Origin: Yuukianura sp. NJ FZ-2021 | Lineage: Eukaryota | NCBI GenBank assembly: GCA_046563655.1 | Contig: CM102285.1 | Coordinates: 14,136,001 to 14,200,000, forward strand | Direction of reading: 5' to 3' | DNA: 64,000 nucleotides | Shown: one piece after another, positions 27,864 through 39,710 of the stretch | How positions within the stretch are numbered: position 1 is the stretch's first letter | Layout: each line of letters begins with the position of its first letter | Position numbers and translations under genes: made by a program | Notes under the pieces: model-generated | Database searches by the model: none | Told to the model about the DNA's origin: nothing | Seen by the model: the letters and a program-made list of their open reading frames with translations, nothing else

Positions 27864-28044
27864 AAACAAGATTGATGTTGATGTAATTGCTGTTGAACTT
27901 CTGCAGTTGGAGCTCCAACAGTTTCCAGAGCACCTCTGGAACCACTTTGTTGCATAAGAAACAAGATTGATGTTGAGGGATTTGCTGTTGAACTTTTTGC
28001 ATTTGAAGCTCCTACAGCTACTACATCACCTCTGAAACCACTTC
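27864..28044. repeat. Tandem duplication of about 95 bp
   Basis: AAACAAGATTGATGTTGA...TTGCTGTTGAACTT.TGCA.TTG.AGCTCC.ACAG...CACCTCTG.AACCACTT occurs at 27864 and 27959. Confidence 0.8.
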
Positions 28045-30293
28045 GCTGCATTTGGAGAAAATGTTAATAAATGAAAATCTGTTGGTTTTCCAATTGGGAA
28101 AAGCGCCTTCGGGGTGAAAGTGGATTCTGGAAGATCTGGAAATCTGGAAGATGAGCAAAAGCGTCATTGATTTCTGCATGGAATGACTAGGTGGGAACTG
28201 CTCAAGCTGCAGCAGAAGAAGCAAGTAGTGGTGACAGGGAGCTAAAGGCTCAAATTTTGTATAGACTAAAACCTAACTGTAGCTTTTGCTATAAAAGGTC
28301 CTTTAAAACCTCATATGAAACTAACCTGTGGCATCTTTCCATTTCCTTCCAAGTCTTTTCAGCTCCAGAATCGGATTGATTTTCTTCCGACTCCTGATGA
28401 CATTAGATGAGAACTGCCATTTCCATTTCTCCTTCTTTTTCTCCATTTCGGACCAAATTCTGGAAGGAAACTTCTGGCTGATGAGGCGAAAGCACCCAGT
28501 CGAAAAGGAAATGGAACAAAAAGTCACTGGACAAGAAAAAATCCTAAAACTTTCTCCACTTTTTTTTCTGGGAGGAAAAAAAGACGTGGGTTCGAATCCC
28601 GCACGGTTCAGGAGCAACTGGAACGGCCGAGTTCTGGCCGAACACTTTCTCCTTCACGCCAGATAATGAGCAACCTTTCCATAAATTCCGTCCAAACGTC
28701 CATCCATTACCATATCTCCAAATGGCTCAGTCTGCAACCCCCCCCTTCAAAAAAAAAGTTGAAGGAACTTGGAATTGAACTGGAGAGACTTCTTCTTCTG
28801 ATATTCCGAGCTCCTAAGCACCAACCAGTTGAGAGGCAGCCAGGCATGACCTCCTCGGATCCTATCAGACTTAGAACATTTATACAGCGTTGCTCAAACA
28901 CTTTCAAAATATTTTCTCTGCATTTTTCAAACAAAAAAGAATTTCCAACTAATATTCTTATATTTTTACAGCATTGCTCAAAAAATTTAATTTTCTACTT
29001 TCTCTACGATTTCATTAAAACCCACCAAGCATTTTTTTTCCGGTAGTTTTTGGAAACTTTTTGAACCAAGCAGAGAAAGTCAGCGTTCTTAAAATTTTGA
29101 GTCACACTGTACAAAATTGTAGTTTGGCATGAGGATATCCCTTGGCAGGGCCGATTTGTGCTGAGTTGGCGTTGGGACTTTGTGTGTCTCTTTAACTTCC
29201 GGACAGAAGCATCGTAGTGTCTAGCAGACACAGTTAGACTAAACCTACTTTTTCTGAGTTAGCCTAACCAAACGTAGTCTAGAGTTGCAAAATTGGAGTT
29301 TTTGAAAGTAAAAGTGAAAGTATAGAAGATCAGTTGATGAATAATGGAGCTCAAGGGGCAATCGGAAGTGGAAGATATTAAGGAAAAGGAGAGGATTTTC
29401 CTAGAGTAGGATCCTAATCTAACTCAATGAGACCAATTCCAATTCCGCAGACTCATTTGGCAACTGGCTCTGGAAACTGGTTAGGCTGGTCGTTTGGCAA
29501 AGGAAACTTTCTGGAACAGAGTCCAGCACAAGTCAACTGGAAACTGGAAGGATTCCCAATTTTAGGCTGAGAAAGGTAATGCTTTGGAATCAGGAGACAC
29601 TTCAAGGCAATCAACAGTGTCATTTTGTGGGTCCAGAGAAAGTCGTTTTTTGAATTTTTCATTAAAACAAAACAAAGAAAACAGAAACAAAGTGAAAACG
29701 ACCTGAAAACAGCAAGTTTTTTTGAAAATGTTTCAAAATTTTACCGTAAATATTCAAGTAGAAGCCTACTCGTACTTTCTCTTTTTTCTTGAATTTAAAA
29801 ATTTAGAATTGATGTGATACTTTGCGTGTTGTTTGAACCTGAAAAGTTTTAATTTAGAGTTGGGCATCCGCATAATGGGTTGGTGCTTGACTTGAAGTTG
29901 GTTCTGGAGAAAGCTCTGCTGGAATCTTAATTAGATGTTGGAGGAGAGGAGGAGGAGGAGGGTGTTTGTTCCGCTTCTGCCACTTTTCCCTTAATAAGTC
30001 TCTCCAAACAGAATAGAAGCACTGGAACTTAGACTCTGAAGATTCTTTGGACTAGAAATCTCAGGACTTTGAATTTGCCACACTTTCTTTTGTCCCCATG
30101 CCTCCCATGAGAGGAGGGAGGAGGAGGAGGTGGAAGTGAGATGATCTCAAGTTATAATGAAAAGACGTTCACGAGATGTTGATTACCGCGAGTACTGAAA
30201 AGATGGCCGCGGGTTCAAATCCTACTGGCGGGAAAACTATTTGATGTCCAGCGGCTGGTGAGGAGGTGAGCGGCTTGTGCCCATGGATGGATT

Positions 30294-30526
30294 CAAAGTT
30301 CATAAAAAAATATTGTTTTTTTCTACACCAGGTTGCTCAATAACTGGATGTTGTCCATTTTGTTAAATTTGAAAAAACTTGTTTTCTATGGTAATTATTT
30401 TTATGTAGAGCAATTGGAATTGGGGGAAAATGCAGGGAGAAAATTATTTGAAGCAAAACTTTTGCAAAGCCCGAGTTATTGAACAACCTGTTTTAGGAAA
30501 TACAATTTGGTTTTCGAGGAACCTTG
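30294..30526. mobile_element. CAAGG-MITE copy E
   Basis: Termini CAAAGTTC/GAACCTTG; perfect 8-bp TSD GATGGATT (30286-93, 30527-34); subterminal IR CAGGTTGCTCAATAACT (30329-45) / AGTTATTGAACAACCTG (30474-90). Confidence 0.85.
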
Positions 30527-33500
30527 GATGGATTGGTGGCGTATCCTCCCTCTGAAACTCGTCGGAGGAGGGGGAGGAGGAAAGAAAAAAGTGAAGATTT
30601 GCGGATGAGTGATCTTACAACTGACAAATGAAAAACGAAAACTCTTGAATTTTCACTTCTTGAAGTCTTTTCACTTTGGCAGGTTCTTCCGCTTCTTTTC
30701 CAACTTCTTTTAGGGAGGAGGAAGCACCAAAAAGAAAATGCAACAAAGGAACGGGAAACAAGGGAAAACTTTCTGCACTTTCTCTTTTCAAGTCTATTTT
30801 CTTTGGCGCGCCAAAATTAAGATCAAGTGGAGAGACTTTTGTCGGAAGTACGCCAACGCTTCAAAAAAAAAGTCTTTCGAATTTAAATTTCTCAGAAAGA
30901 AAAATCAACACTCCAGAAATATGTTACACAGCATCCTCTTCCAAAATTAAAAAAGAAAACACTGCAAATCTTACATTAAAGCAAATTTTAAAAAAAAACT
31001 CATAAAAGCAGTCAAAGTTGAAACAAAAATTGAGTGAAATCACAAGTTTGGTGCATTCTGCTTCGGGTTGTCTTGTTTTGTTTTTTTTTTTTCTATTTCT
31101 GCAGTTTGAGTTTTGATGAAGTGAAAGTCGTGTGTGGTTTGGTGAATTCTGGGATTAGGATTAGAGTGTTGCGCGGCGCGCTGTATTCAAGGTGCGGCCG
31201 GTTCCTGCAATTTCCACTCTTTTTGAAAAAAAATGTTAGGCTAGGATGTGAGCATAATCATCCTAGGCACGTTCAATTTAGGAATGGAAAGTTTAGGAAG
31301 AGTGAGCAGAGCACGGTGGAGTTCCGCCGTGAGGACCGTGGATTCGAAGGGTGCGCCACAGTTCCTTATTGAGTGCCATTTGTATTCTGGAACCGTGGGG
31401 AGGTGAGCACGTTTAGATCGCTTTTACTTGTAACCCTCAAGCATGGAAAAAAAAGGAGGAAGCCGCCTGGCCGCGCACCACCGCACCACTACAATACAAC
31501 AACCAACACACGACTCACTGTTGCTTTTCCTCCTCCACTAAAAACGACCCGCCTTCGTTAGGCTTCTGCCGTGGTGCTGGAGCCCTCCAGGAGAAAGCCA
31601 AATGTTGACTCTGGGAATTTAACACCCTTTCCCCATGCTCTTGATCATCTCATGCATACATACGACCCACTCGGAAGGAAAAAGAGCGGGAAAGCGTCCA
31701 GCGTCACTAATCAGCTTCAAAACACCTCCCGCCACCACTAGTCTGCTCCAGACAATTACGCCGGAATTGCCAGTGGCGCAAAACTCTAATTTAATTCCAA
31801 CTCCTAACTCCATCTTCCAATTTATCCCAAACTCCACTTTTGTCTTTAAGCGACAGCGACAACCTTTGCATTAAAATGCCTAATGTTTTGAGGGGTTTGG
31901 CTTACCGTAAAACTTCTAATAAACGGCCGAGCCTTTTTTCAAAATCTATAGTTTTACTATGGGCATTTAAAAGAGACCCGGCGCTTTGTTAAAGAACGGC
32001 ATTTATTAGAAGTGTTACGGTAAGCCTTCATTTTTGAAAAAAAAAAATCTCTTTAAAAGTGGACTGTTTTTGAAAATATTATTTTCGAAGGAGAGAGTTA
32101 AGCCTAATGCTAAGCATTATAATTTCTTAAACCAAATTGTCGAATGCAATCATCTATATTTCCAAAATTTTGAAATTTGTAACAAAAATTTTTGACTTTG
32201 TTTCAGAAAAGTTAGTTTTTGGGAAGTATAGGTATAGAGTGAACGTTTTTGGTAACCTCAGAGAATTCAAAAAGTTTCGTTGAAGCGTTTTAGGTCTCAA
32301 TTTCAGTTTGGGCTTAACTTTACACTTGTGCGCAAACCGTTCCATAAATTTTGACAAGGTGAAAGCGGGAGAAAGTCAAGTTTTGAAAAAAGTTTGAAAG
32401 TGAAACTACTTTGAGTCGAAGATTTCCACTGAGGAGGGGGTGGGTGAGGGGATCTGAAGCGGGAATCTCATAATTGTCAAGGGAACAGGAAATGGGCACA
32501 TGTCAGAGATGGGGGGAAACCACTTTTTCCCACCACTGTTGCCCCGCCCCCAAAAATCCAAGTTAGAAGGGGTGGGGAGATTTTTTTTCGAGAGAGGAAA
32601 AGCGCCGTCAAAATTCGCTTGGGACTTTCACCGCTACCAGAATTTTGGCGGGTTCTGTTGATTTTAGAAAAAGCGGGAAAAAAGTTTTCAGAGCTGGGCA
32701 CCAGCGTTGCATAAAGATGATTTTGGATTGAAAAAGTGAAAACGAGCGATAGAAATGGGCATCCGACGAACAGCGTTTGGAAGATTGAGTTTGGTCAAAT
32801 AATCCCCCAGTGGGCACAAGGTGGATTTGCATCTTCAATCTGGACAGAACCAGCGTCAGGTTGAGTTCTCAGCGCTTTCTGCTTTCACTTCCAGTGCCAG
32901 CAGCGCAGCGATTTCACTCCGACTGCTTGCTGTTCTATGGAGATGAGGTAGTCTGGAAGCGGATGAAGAAGGCGTTAGAATAATGGGTTTGTTTTATTTA
33001 TACTTTCTATTCCTTTTTCAGTCGATGAAGTCCAGGCCAGGGGTCCAATTTCGATTCCATTCAATCCACAAACTCCATTTTCAAAAAACGGGCATTTTCG
33101 AACGTTTGGCTTTTGGAAATTTCGACGAAGAATGAGGATGAGGCGGGTGAAATGGAAAATGGAAGATAGATTTCTCATAGTGGGATCTCATGCATCAAAA
33201 CCTCTTTTCCCTGACAGATCCCATTTATTCTACACAATTTAGAGATGGGGAGGAGGGAGAAGGAGTGGATTTGAGATTCAAAAAAAAAAGTAAAAGAGTC
33301 CAAACACATATTAATACACTTTTTGAGAAGAAAAAAATTGAAAGAGAAAATCAAAAACTTTCATTTTCTCTCATCTCCATTTAGCACACAAATCATAATA
33401 GCAGATAAAGAACACAATCAGTCACTTTCTCTTTCTCAGCAACAGATTTTGCAAAATTTTGAGTTTAAGAGTGATTTTAAGTTTGAATAAGCAACTTTTT

Positions 33501-36500
33501 TTTAAAAAAGTGATAGTTACTCCACTGTGCCCCGGTTTGTTGGTTTTTCTGCTTACAACAACATTTTTTCAGCAGTTTTTTTTTCTTTTCTCCTATTTTT
33601 TTGAAAGAGAAAGTTCCAAGGTGTGAAAACAAGAAAAAAACCGCTTAAGTTTTTTTCCCTGTTTGCTGTGACACTACCTCCACTTTCTCTTTTTTCTTTG
33701 TCTTGTGTTGTGGGTGGTGTGAATTTAAGGTGTTGATGAGGTGTGTCTTCCAAAGAGTGTACTTTTTTCTTGTTCAAAGAACAAGTGAGAAATGGTGGTT
33801 GTTTGTTTGTTGAGGTTAGAGGGGAGAAGGTTCTCTTTGGTCGTTTTTGGACTTACAATATTAATAGCCCCCCGTCATGTCATGTCATAATGACACGCAG
33901 CTTTTTTTCACTAGGTTGTTTCTGTTTTCTTTTTTGTGGAACTTTCCCTCGAGCTTTGATCTCAAATTTTGCCGCAAAATTTTGGAAAGTTTTTTGTGAA
34001 TTTTTTCAAACCGTTCTTCAATTTTAACTAAAACGCGGAAAATATTTTAAAAAATGGGATTTTTGATGTTATATGTCTCTATTTAAACTAGGGAGAATTT
34101 AAACAGAGTTTGCATTTGTAAAGAAAGCATTGAAAACTCTGCACGACATTGATGCATGTTACAATGTTAGTCAATTGATTTGGGGCAAAATAGAGAAAAA
34201 TTCTATCATTTTGTGAAAATTTTGAGAATTAACTTGCAGATTTTGTGAAAATTTTGGAAATTATTGTTACTACGATTTTAATGAAAGTTGGTATACTATT
34301 TGATTTTGGTGAAAATTCTACACAAATGTTCCAAGCTGTGAGAATTTTGAGATTTTTTCTTTTGCAAAGGAGTTTCTGGTGGAATTGTAACGATTTTGGA
34401 GCGTGAGGTGGCACTTTGGACCGATTTTTTGGTGGGTCTGGGAATGCTTGGTGCCACCATGTGGGTTGTTGGTTGTTTTGCTCCTGGTTGTAGTTGAGAT
34501 GAAAAAGTGAAGTGTTTGAGAAAGTAGGAGAGACAAAGTGAGATTATTAGTTTCTCAGGAGAGCATGAAATATGGAGACTTCCTTCCACTTTCTCCTGGG
34601 TTAAGGCCTCTCTCCAGCCTCCTGCTGGATCCAGAACAGCAGAGTCTTATTTATGAGGCGGAAAGAACGTAGGAGGAGAAAAGTTTTCAGAAATTGGAGC
34701 AAAGTTAATTATTCACAGGTGCTTCACAGGGATAATTGAAAGTTCCGAGTTTGAAAAACCAGGGAAAAGCGCCAAGGAACTCACAAACTTCTTCTGCCAT
34801 TTCCCACTGCCCGGATAAATTTCAAAAGCAACGGGTCTCTCCCAGTTCCACAGTGGTCCCTTGAGAACGCCACAATTTTCAAAAATCCAAAATGGCCTGT
34901 TGCCATTTTGCATATGTAGTGAACTCCACATAGTTCATTACGTGAGTCAAAAAAGTCAACACACATAAGTTCAACACAATTTGTCCAACGTCTAAAAAAC
35001 AAAAACTAAATTATCAAAATTATTGCTTCTAAATTTTAAGTTGTTCGAGGAAATTTTAAGGAGGTTTGGTAGCAGACAGAGCAAATTATTTATTATTAAA
35101 TATAATAATTATTACGCAATAATTATATTATGACAATAATTATTGCATTAAATATAATAGTCAAGCAATTAAATTATTCAGAGTGCATCCTGAAATTAAA
35201 GCTTGTTTTTGTCTTAGTTTGTTGAGGAAATTTCTGTTGAGCAAAATAATTTTGATAAAGTTAGTGTTGACTAAATTGCGGGAAACTGTGAAAAGCATAA
35301 TGAGGACATTGGTGGGTTTTCTGTTTTTTGTACAATGGTGGCTCTAATTCATTAAGTCGCTTGAGTTAGTAATTGAGTTTACCTCCCCCCGCCCCCTCTT
35401 TTGTCCCCCCCCCCTCCTCCCTCCATCTGAATCATCTTCTGAATTATTTTCTATTTGGAGGAAAGCCGAGGCTGAAGTCTCTCTAGAGAACTTTCTCTAA
35501 TTCAGAAGAAAGTTCCTTCGACTGTTGATTCCTTTAGGACTGGTGGGGCTATAGGAGGGGGCTTCATTCCACAAGTTTTCCATTTTTATCCTCCGAGCTT
35601 CATTCGAACTCGCCTCCCTTATATTTTTTAAGTCTCTTTTGAGGTTTGAGGGGAGCTGTGGAGCATAACTTCATTACGGAGATCATTAGAACCAACCACA
35701 ATTAAACTCAGCTCCACTCGAACCACCCAACCAGCCCTAATTCAACCAAGCGACACACTCAAAATTTTGAAAAAAAAACAACAACTAAACTTTCGTTTTT
35801 TGGGAAATTGTTAACTCTTATCTCTGGAATTGTTAACAACTTAATTGCAATTATTTAAAACCAACAAAAGTTGAGGCAATAACTGTTGTGTTTTGGGGCG
35901 GGAGAAAGTGAATCATTTTTGAAATTAGAGTTTTCTCAAAGTTCCCGCCTCCTCGTTGTGGCTGTTGCTTAGAAAATGGCAAAGTGTAACCATGTTAAGG
36001 CTATGTTTTTTGGCCGTTTGCCAATATTTTCTGGGTTAGCTTTTCCAATGTTGGGAGAAAACTTCAACTTGTGTGTTTTGAGTTTATGCAAAATGGAAAA
36101 AGACTGTTGCGCAATTTGAGTTTTATTGGAGGGAAAGAAACTCCTTCTCCTTTGCTGAGTTATTGGATCCCGGATTTTGAGGGAGATAATTTCTGGTGAG
36201 TGGGTTTCCCCCTCTCCCCACTTTTGCCCATGCTAAAAGCATTGGAGAAAGTGAGGGGAGGAGGAGATAATCTCCTTTGAGGGAGAAAGTTGTAATCGTT
36301 TGCCCTTCCGCCTGCCCCAGTCCAACTCCAAGTGAGTTAGTGAGCAGAATTAGAGAGGACTGAGGGGGGCCTTTCGTCTTTTTTGAGGGGGGCCCTTCGT
36401 CTTTTCTGGAAGGGGGCCTTGAAAAGGGATAGATTAAAGACCAAAAACGACTTTCAGTCTCCAGAAAGACGGTTTTTTGCTGACTACTGACTCTAGTCTA

Positions 36501-36576
36501 AGAGCCAGGGTTAGCCAAACCCCAAATCCCCACTAAACAGTGGGTGGCGGGGAGAAAGTGCGGGTTCGGGGCAAAT

Positions 36577-36857
36577 CAAGGTTGTTTAAATGTTTGTTTT
36601 TTCCTAATAGGTTAAACTCCTTTAAATTTTCAAATTTTTTGAACTGTCCATCTGACGCGTCTCCGTTGCATTAGCAATGCCAATGCGAAATCAAAACTCT
36701 GTCTCAGCAACGTGAAAATTAAAAAAGAAAAGATTATTGTGAAAATCAAAAAAATTGGTACAAAATTGATAAATAGTTTTTTTTGTCTTTAAAAAAATCA
36801 TGAGTTATGGTATAACCTCTTAGAACATTTGTATAAAAGGGCGCATTAGCAACCTTG
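36577..36857. mobile_element. CAAGG-MITE copy F (same subfamily as D)
   Basis: Termini CAAGGTTG/CAACCTTG; degraded 8-bp TSD GGGCAAAT / GAACAAAT; shares the CAAGGTTGTTTAAAT start and GAGTTATGGTATAACCT with copy D. Confidence 0.8.
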
Positions 36858-38506
36858 GAACAAATCTAGTCTCCTAAAATTTTTGCTTTAGTCTGAAAAA
36901 GACGAAGGTCGAATTTCAACTTGAAACTTTCACGTCAGGAGTTCAGGGGTCAACTTTTTGGTGACCTTGAGACGTGACCTTGTCCCCACCCGGGGAGTTC
37001 AAGCGGGTGGACTGGATTATGCACAAGGAAGAAACTGCTTATGTTTCTTCTTATGTAAAGAGTTGGATCGGAGGGAGGGGATACGAAAGGCCATTTCATT
37101 TGATTTATTTGGCCCTGGCATCCTTTCCGGAACTCACTTTCTCCTTCCAACCACCGCCCTGCTTTCCCTGCCACTGCTTTCTCCAGCCACTGCTTGGTGG
37201 TGGCGCTGCCTGTCAGCGGACAACCCCAGGCACTTCCGTTCCACCAATCCTGGAGCTCCTGGCTGGAGGTCAAAGGTTGATGATGACTGGGGAGCCAAGA
37301 TTTATTTGTGCTGATTTGATTAGAATGAGTGGTCGGTAGTAGGTTCCTTAGATTCTTCAATGCGGCCCACACCCATTCTACATGCTTTCTCTATGCCTAA
37401 CCTAACTTTTTTGTGTCTAGCATAACCTAACCAGGAAATCCTTTCTAAACGAACACGCCACGAATCGAACGGAACAACAAACCTTTATAACAAAAAAGCT
37501 CCATAAATCAAAAATTGAACTTCCCTAACCAATGACACCACTCTCCAAAATTCAATTTTCACTACCCAAAATGCTTCAAGAGCTTCCCAATTTTTTCAGC
37601 CAGTCTCCGCTTTTTCACAAAAAAATTCCTACTTTTTCAAAATTTCATTTCAGACATCGCTAGCGTAACAAATCTGATGTAATATACACCGTAGTTAGAT
37701 TTAAATTAGGATAACAATAACAATTCGAGAGCCGGATTTTCTTTTCGTAAATTTTTTCATTTTTCTTGCATTTTCACCAATTTTTTCAATTTCCTCGCGT
37801 TTTTCGTAAATTTTTTTTATTTTTCCAGCCTTTTTTGGGCGTTGTTTATTTTTCTATTGCTTTCTTTTTTCTTTTCCATGAAGCGAATATGAATCGTGAG
37901 TGAGTTTAAGAAATAAGCTAAGATTTTTTCTCGTAGTTTATTGATTCTAGCCAACTTATTTCTTTTCTTTGAATTTTTCTCGGGAGAAAGTGCGGGCAGG
38001 TTGATTTGAACGGCTTTCTTTTGCTGGAGGGATATTTTTGTGAATTGAGGGACTTAATACTGTTGTAAGACGAGAGGATTGGAATTCCTTGAGGAGCGGG
38101 AGAGCGGGGTACTTGGTAGTCAGGTCAAGTTGTTCGTTTCTTGGAGCCTCGAGGGGGGTTTTGGTAGTGGAAGGGTGAAAGTTGAGTGGAGTGTGATGAC
38201 CAGGGTGACAAGGGAGAACAGAAAGTCTAACGGCTCACTTTCCCATCGGCCCAATTGGATTACGGACTCAGTCCTCCACCAAATCAGAAAAGAAAACTTC
38301 AGCTCCAATTTACCACTTTCACTTCTTTTCTTTTGGCACTGATTTCAAAAAATCCAACTCCTTTCGAAAGAAAAAACGGAGGAAAATCTTTGTTCAGTTT
38401 TCACCGGTTTTCTTTTAACGGGGTTCAAAATTTTCGTGAAAAACGAAATCACGAAATTTTTAAATCGATACACTGTTTCCTGTTTTGGGTGTGAAACTAA
38501 TGAAGC

Positions 38507-38718
38507 GCGGTAACTTTGCAACTGTGGTAACTTTGCAACTGCGGTAACTTTGCAACTGACGTAACTGTGAAACCTAGCAACTGTGAATTATTTGAAACTA
38601 CGCAACACGGTAACGTTGTAACTGCGGTAACTTTGCAACCTATCAACTGCTTAAGCTTGTAACTACGCAACACGGTAACGTTGTAACTGCGGTAACTTTG
38701 CAACTGCAGTAACTTTGA
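38507..38718. repeat. 17-bp minisatellite GCGGTAACTTTGCAACT
   Basis: About 10 degenerate copies, with a higher-order duplicated block AACTACGCAACACGGTAACGTTGTAACTGCGGTAACTTTGCAAC. Confidence 0.9.
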
Positions 38719-39442
38719 AAGTTATGACGCCGTGTCCTGGTAACGATGAAACAGACTTTCTCTTTTCCCCCGCAACGTTTGAATTGGCTTTTATTTGGAC
38801 TGTTGCAGAAGAGTTAAAGAGTTGAAGCGTTGTTGTTGGAAGAGGAAAGAATAAATGAGCGTTTGAAAATCCCGCTGCTCTCCATTCTGTCGTGCTTCAT
38901 GACAACAATTTATACTTGGGAGTGAGGTGCATACGTAAGTGGGACAGAGGGTGACAGTGAAGGGGCCTCCATTACCAGCCATTAGATCAGGAGGCAACTC
39001 AAGGTACAGACTGCAGAGGAGGCCTCATTTCCACGATCTCTTGAGCAGTCCAACCACGTTCAGCGTCCTTCTCTATTTTTCCCTCGCTGTGTCTCTAACA
39101 AGCACAATCCTCGCTTTCTCCTTGTTAGACATCCCCAGATTTCACCCTCAGATCAACTAAATTATTTAACCAACAGCACAATTCACAATTGTCATTTGCA
39201 TGGCATGCCAGGTCTAGAATTTAATTTAATTCTACTCCTCTCCTCAAAACTAACAACCAAAAAACAACGCTTCTTTCTCTCATCCACTTTCTCCTCAAGT
39301 TGGCAAAATTCTTAAACAGCCAATCACAACTCCCCAAATTCCGCATCAATTTCAGCCGAAATCCCCTCATTACAGTCAGGATTTTTTAAATTGACTTTCT
39401 CTAGTAAATTTTTCGTTTCCGACTTTCTCCACAGCATTGGAG

Positions 39443-39710
39443 CAAGGTTTGTTGACTTTGATTTTCTTTAACAGGTTGGGTAATACCTCATGTTATTTCG
39501 ATTTTGCAACTTTTCAAGTCAATGCATCGTAGTCATACCAATACAGTCAATTTGCATACGAATTGGTGCCAATTTTTGGGATTATTGGTAAGTTTTGTTT
39601 TTTTTTTTGTTTTTTTGTTGTTGTTTTTTTTTTTGCCAACAAGCGAGGTAGTACTCAACCTGTTACAGAAAAGTTAAACAAAATTAACTAAATCGTGTCA
39701 AGGAACCTTG
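39443..39710. mobile_element. CAAGG-MITE copy G (same subfamily as A)
   Basis: Termini CAAGGTT/AACCTTG; perfect 9-bp TSD GCATTGGAG (39434-42, 39711-19); subterminal IR 39469-89 / 39645-65. Confidence 0.9.

Noticed and set aside
27596..28602. Functional tRNA genes at the GGTTCGAATCC motifs
   Set aside because: Only the T-arm is present; no D-arm, anticodon arm or acceptor stem can be formed.
36950..37372. Three overlapping 118-140 aa ORFs
   Set aside because: No homology recognised; several frames are open because the patch is GC-rich, and there is no consistent splice structure.
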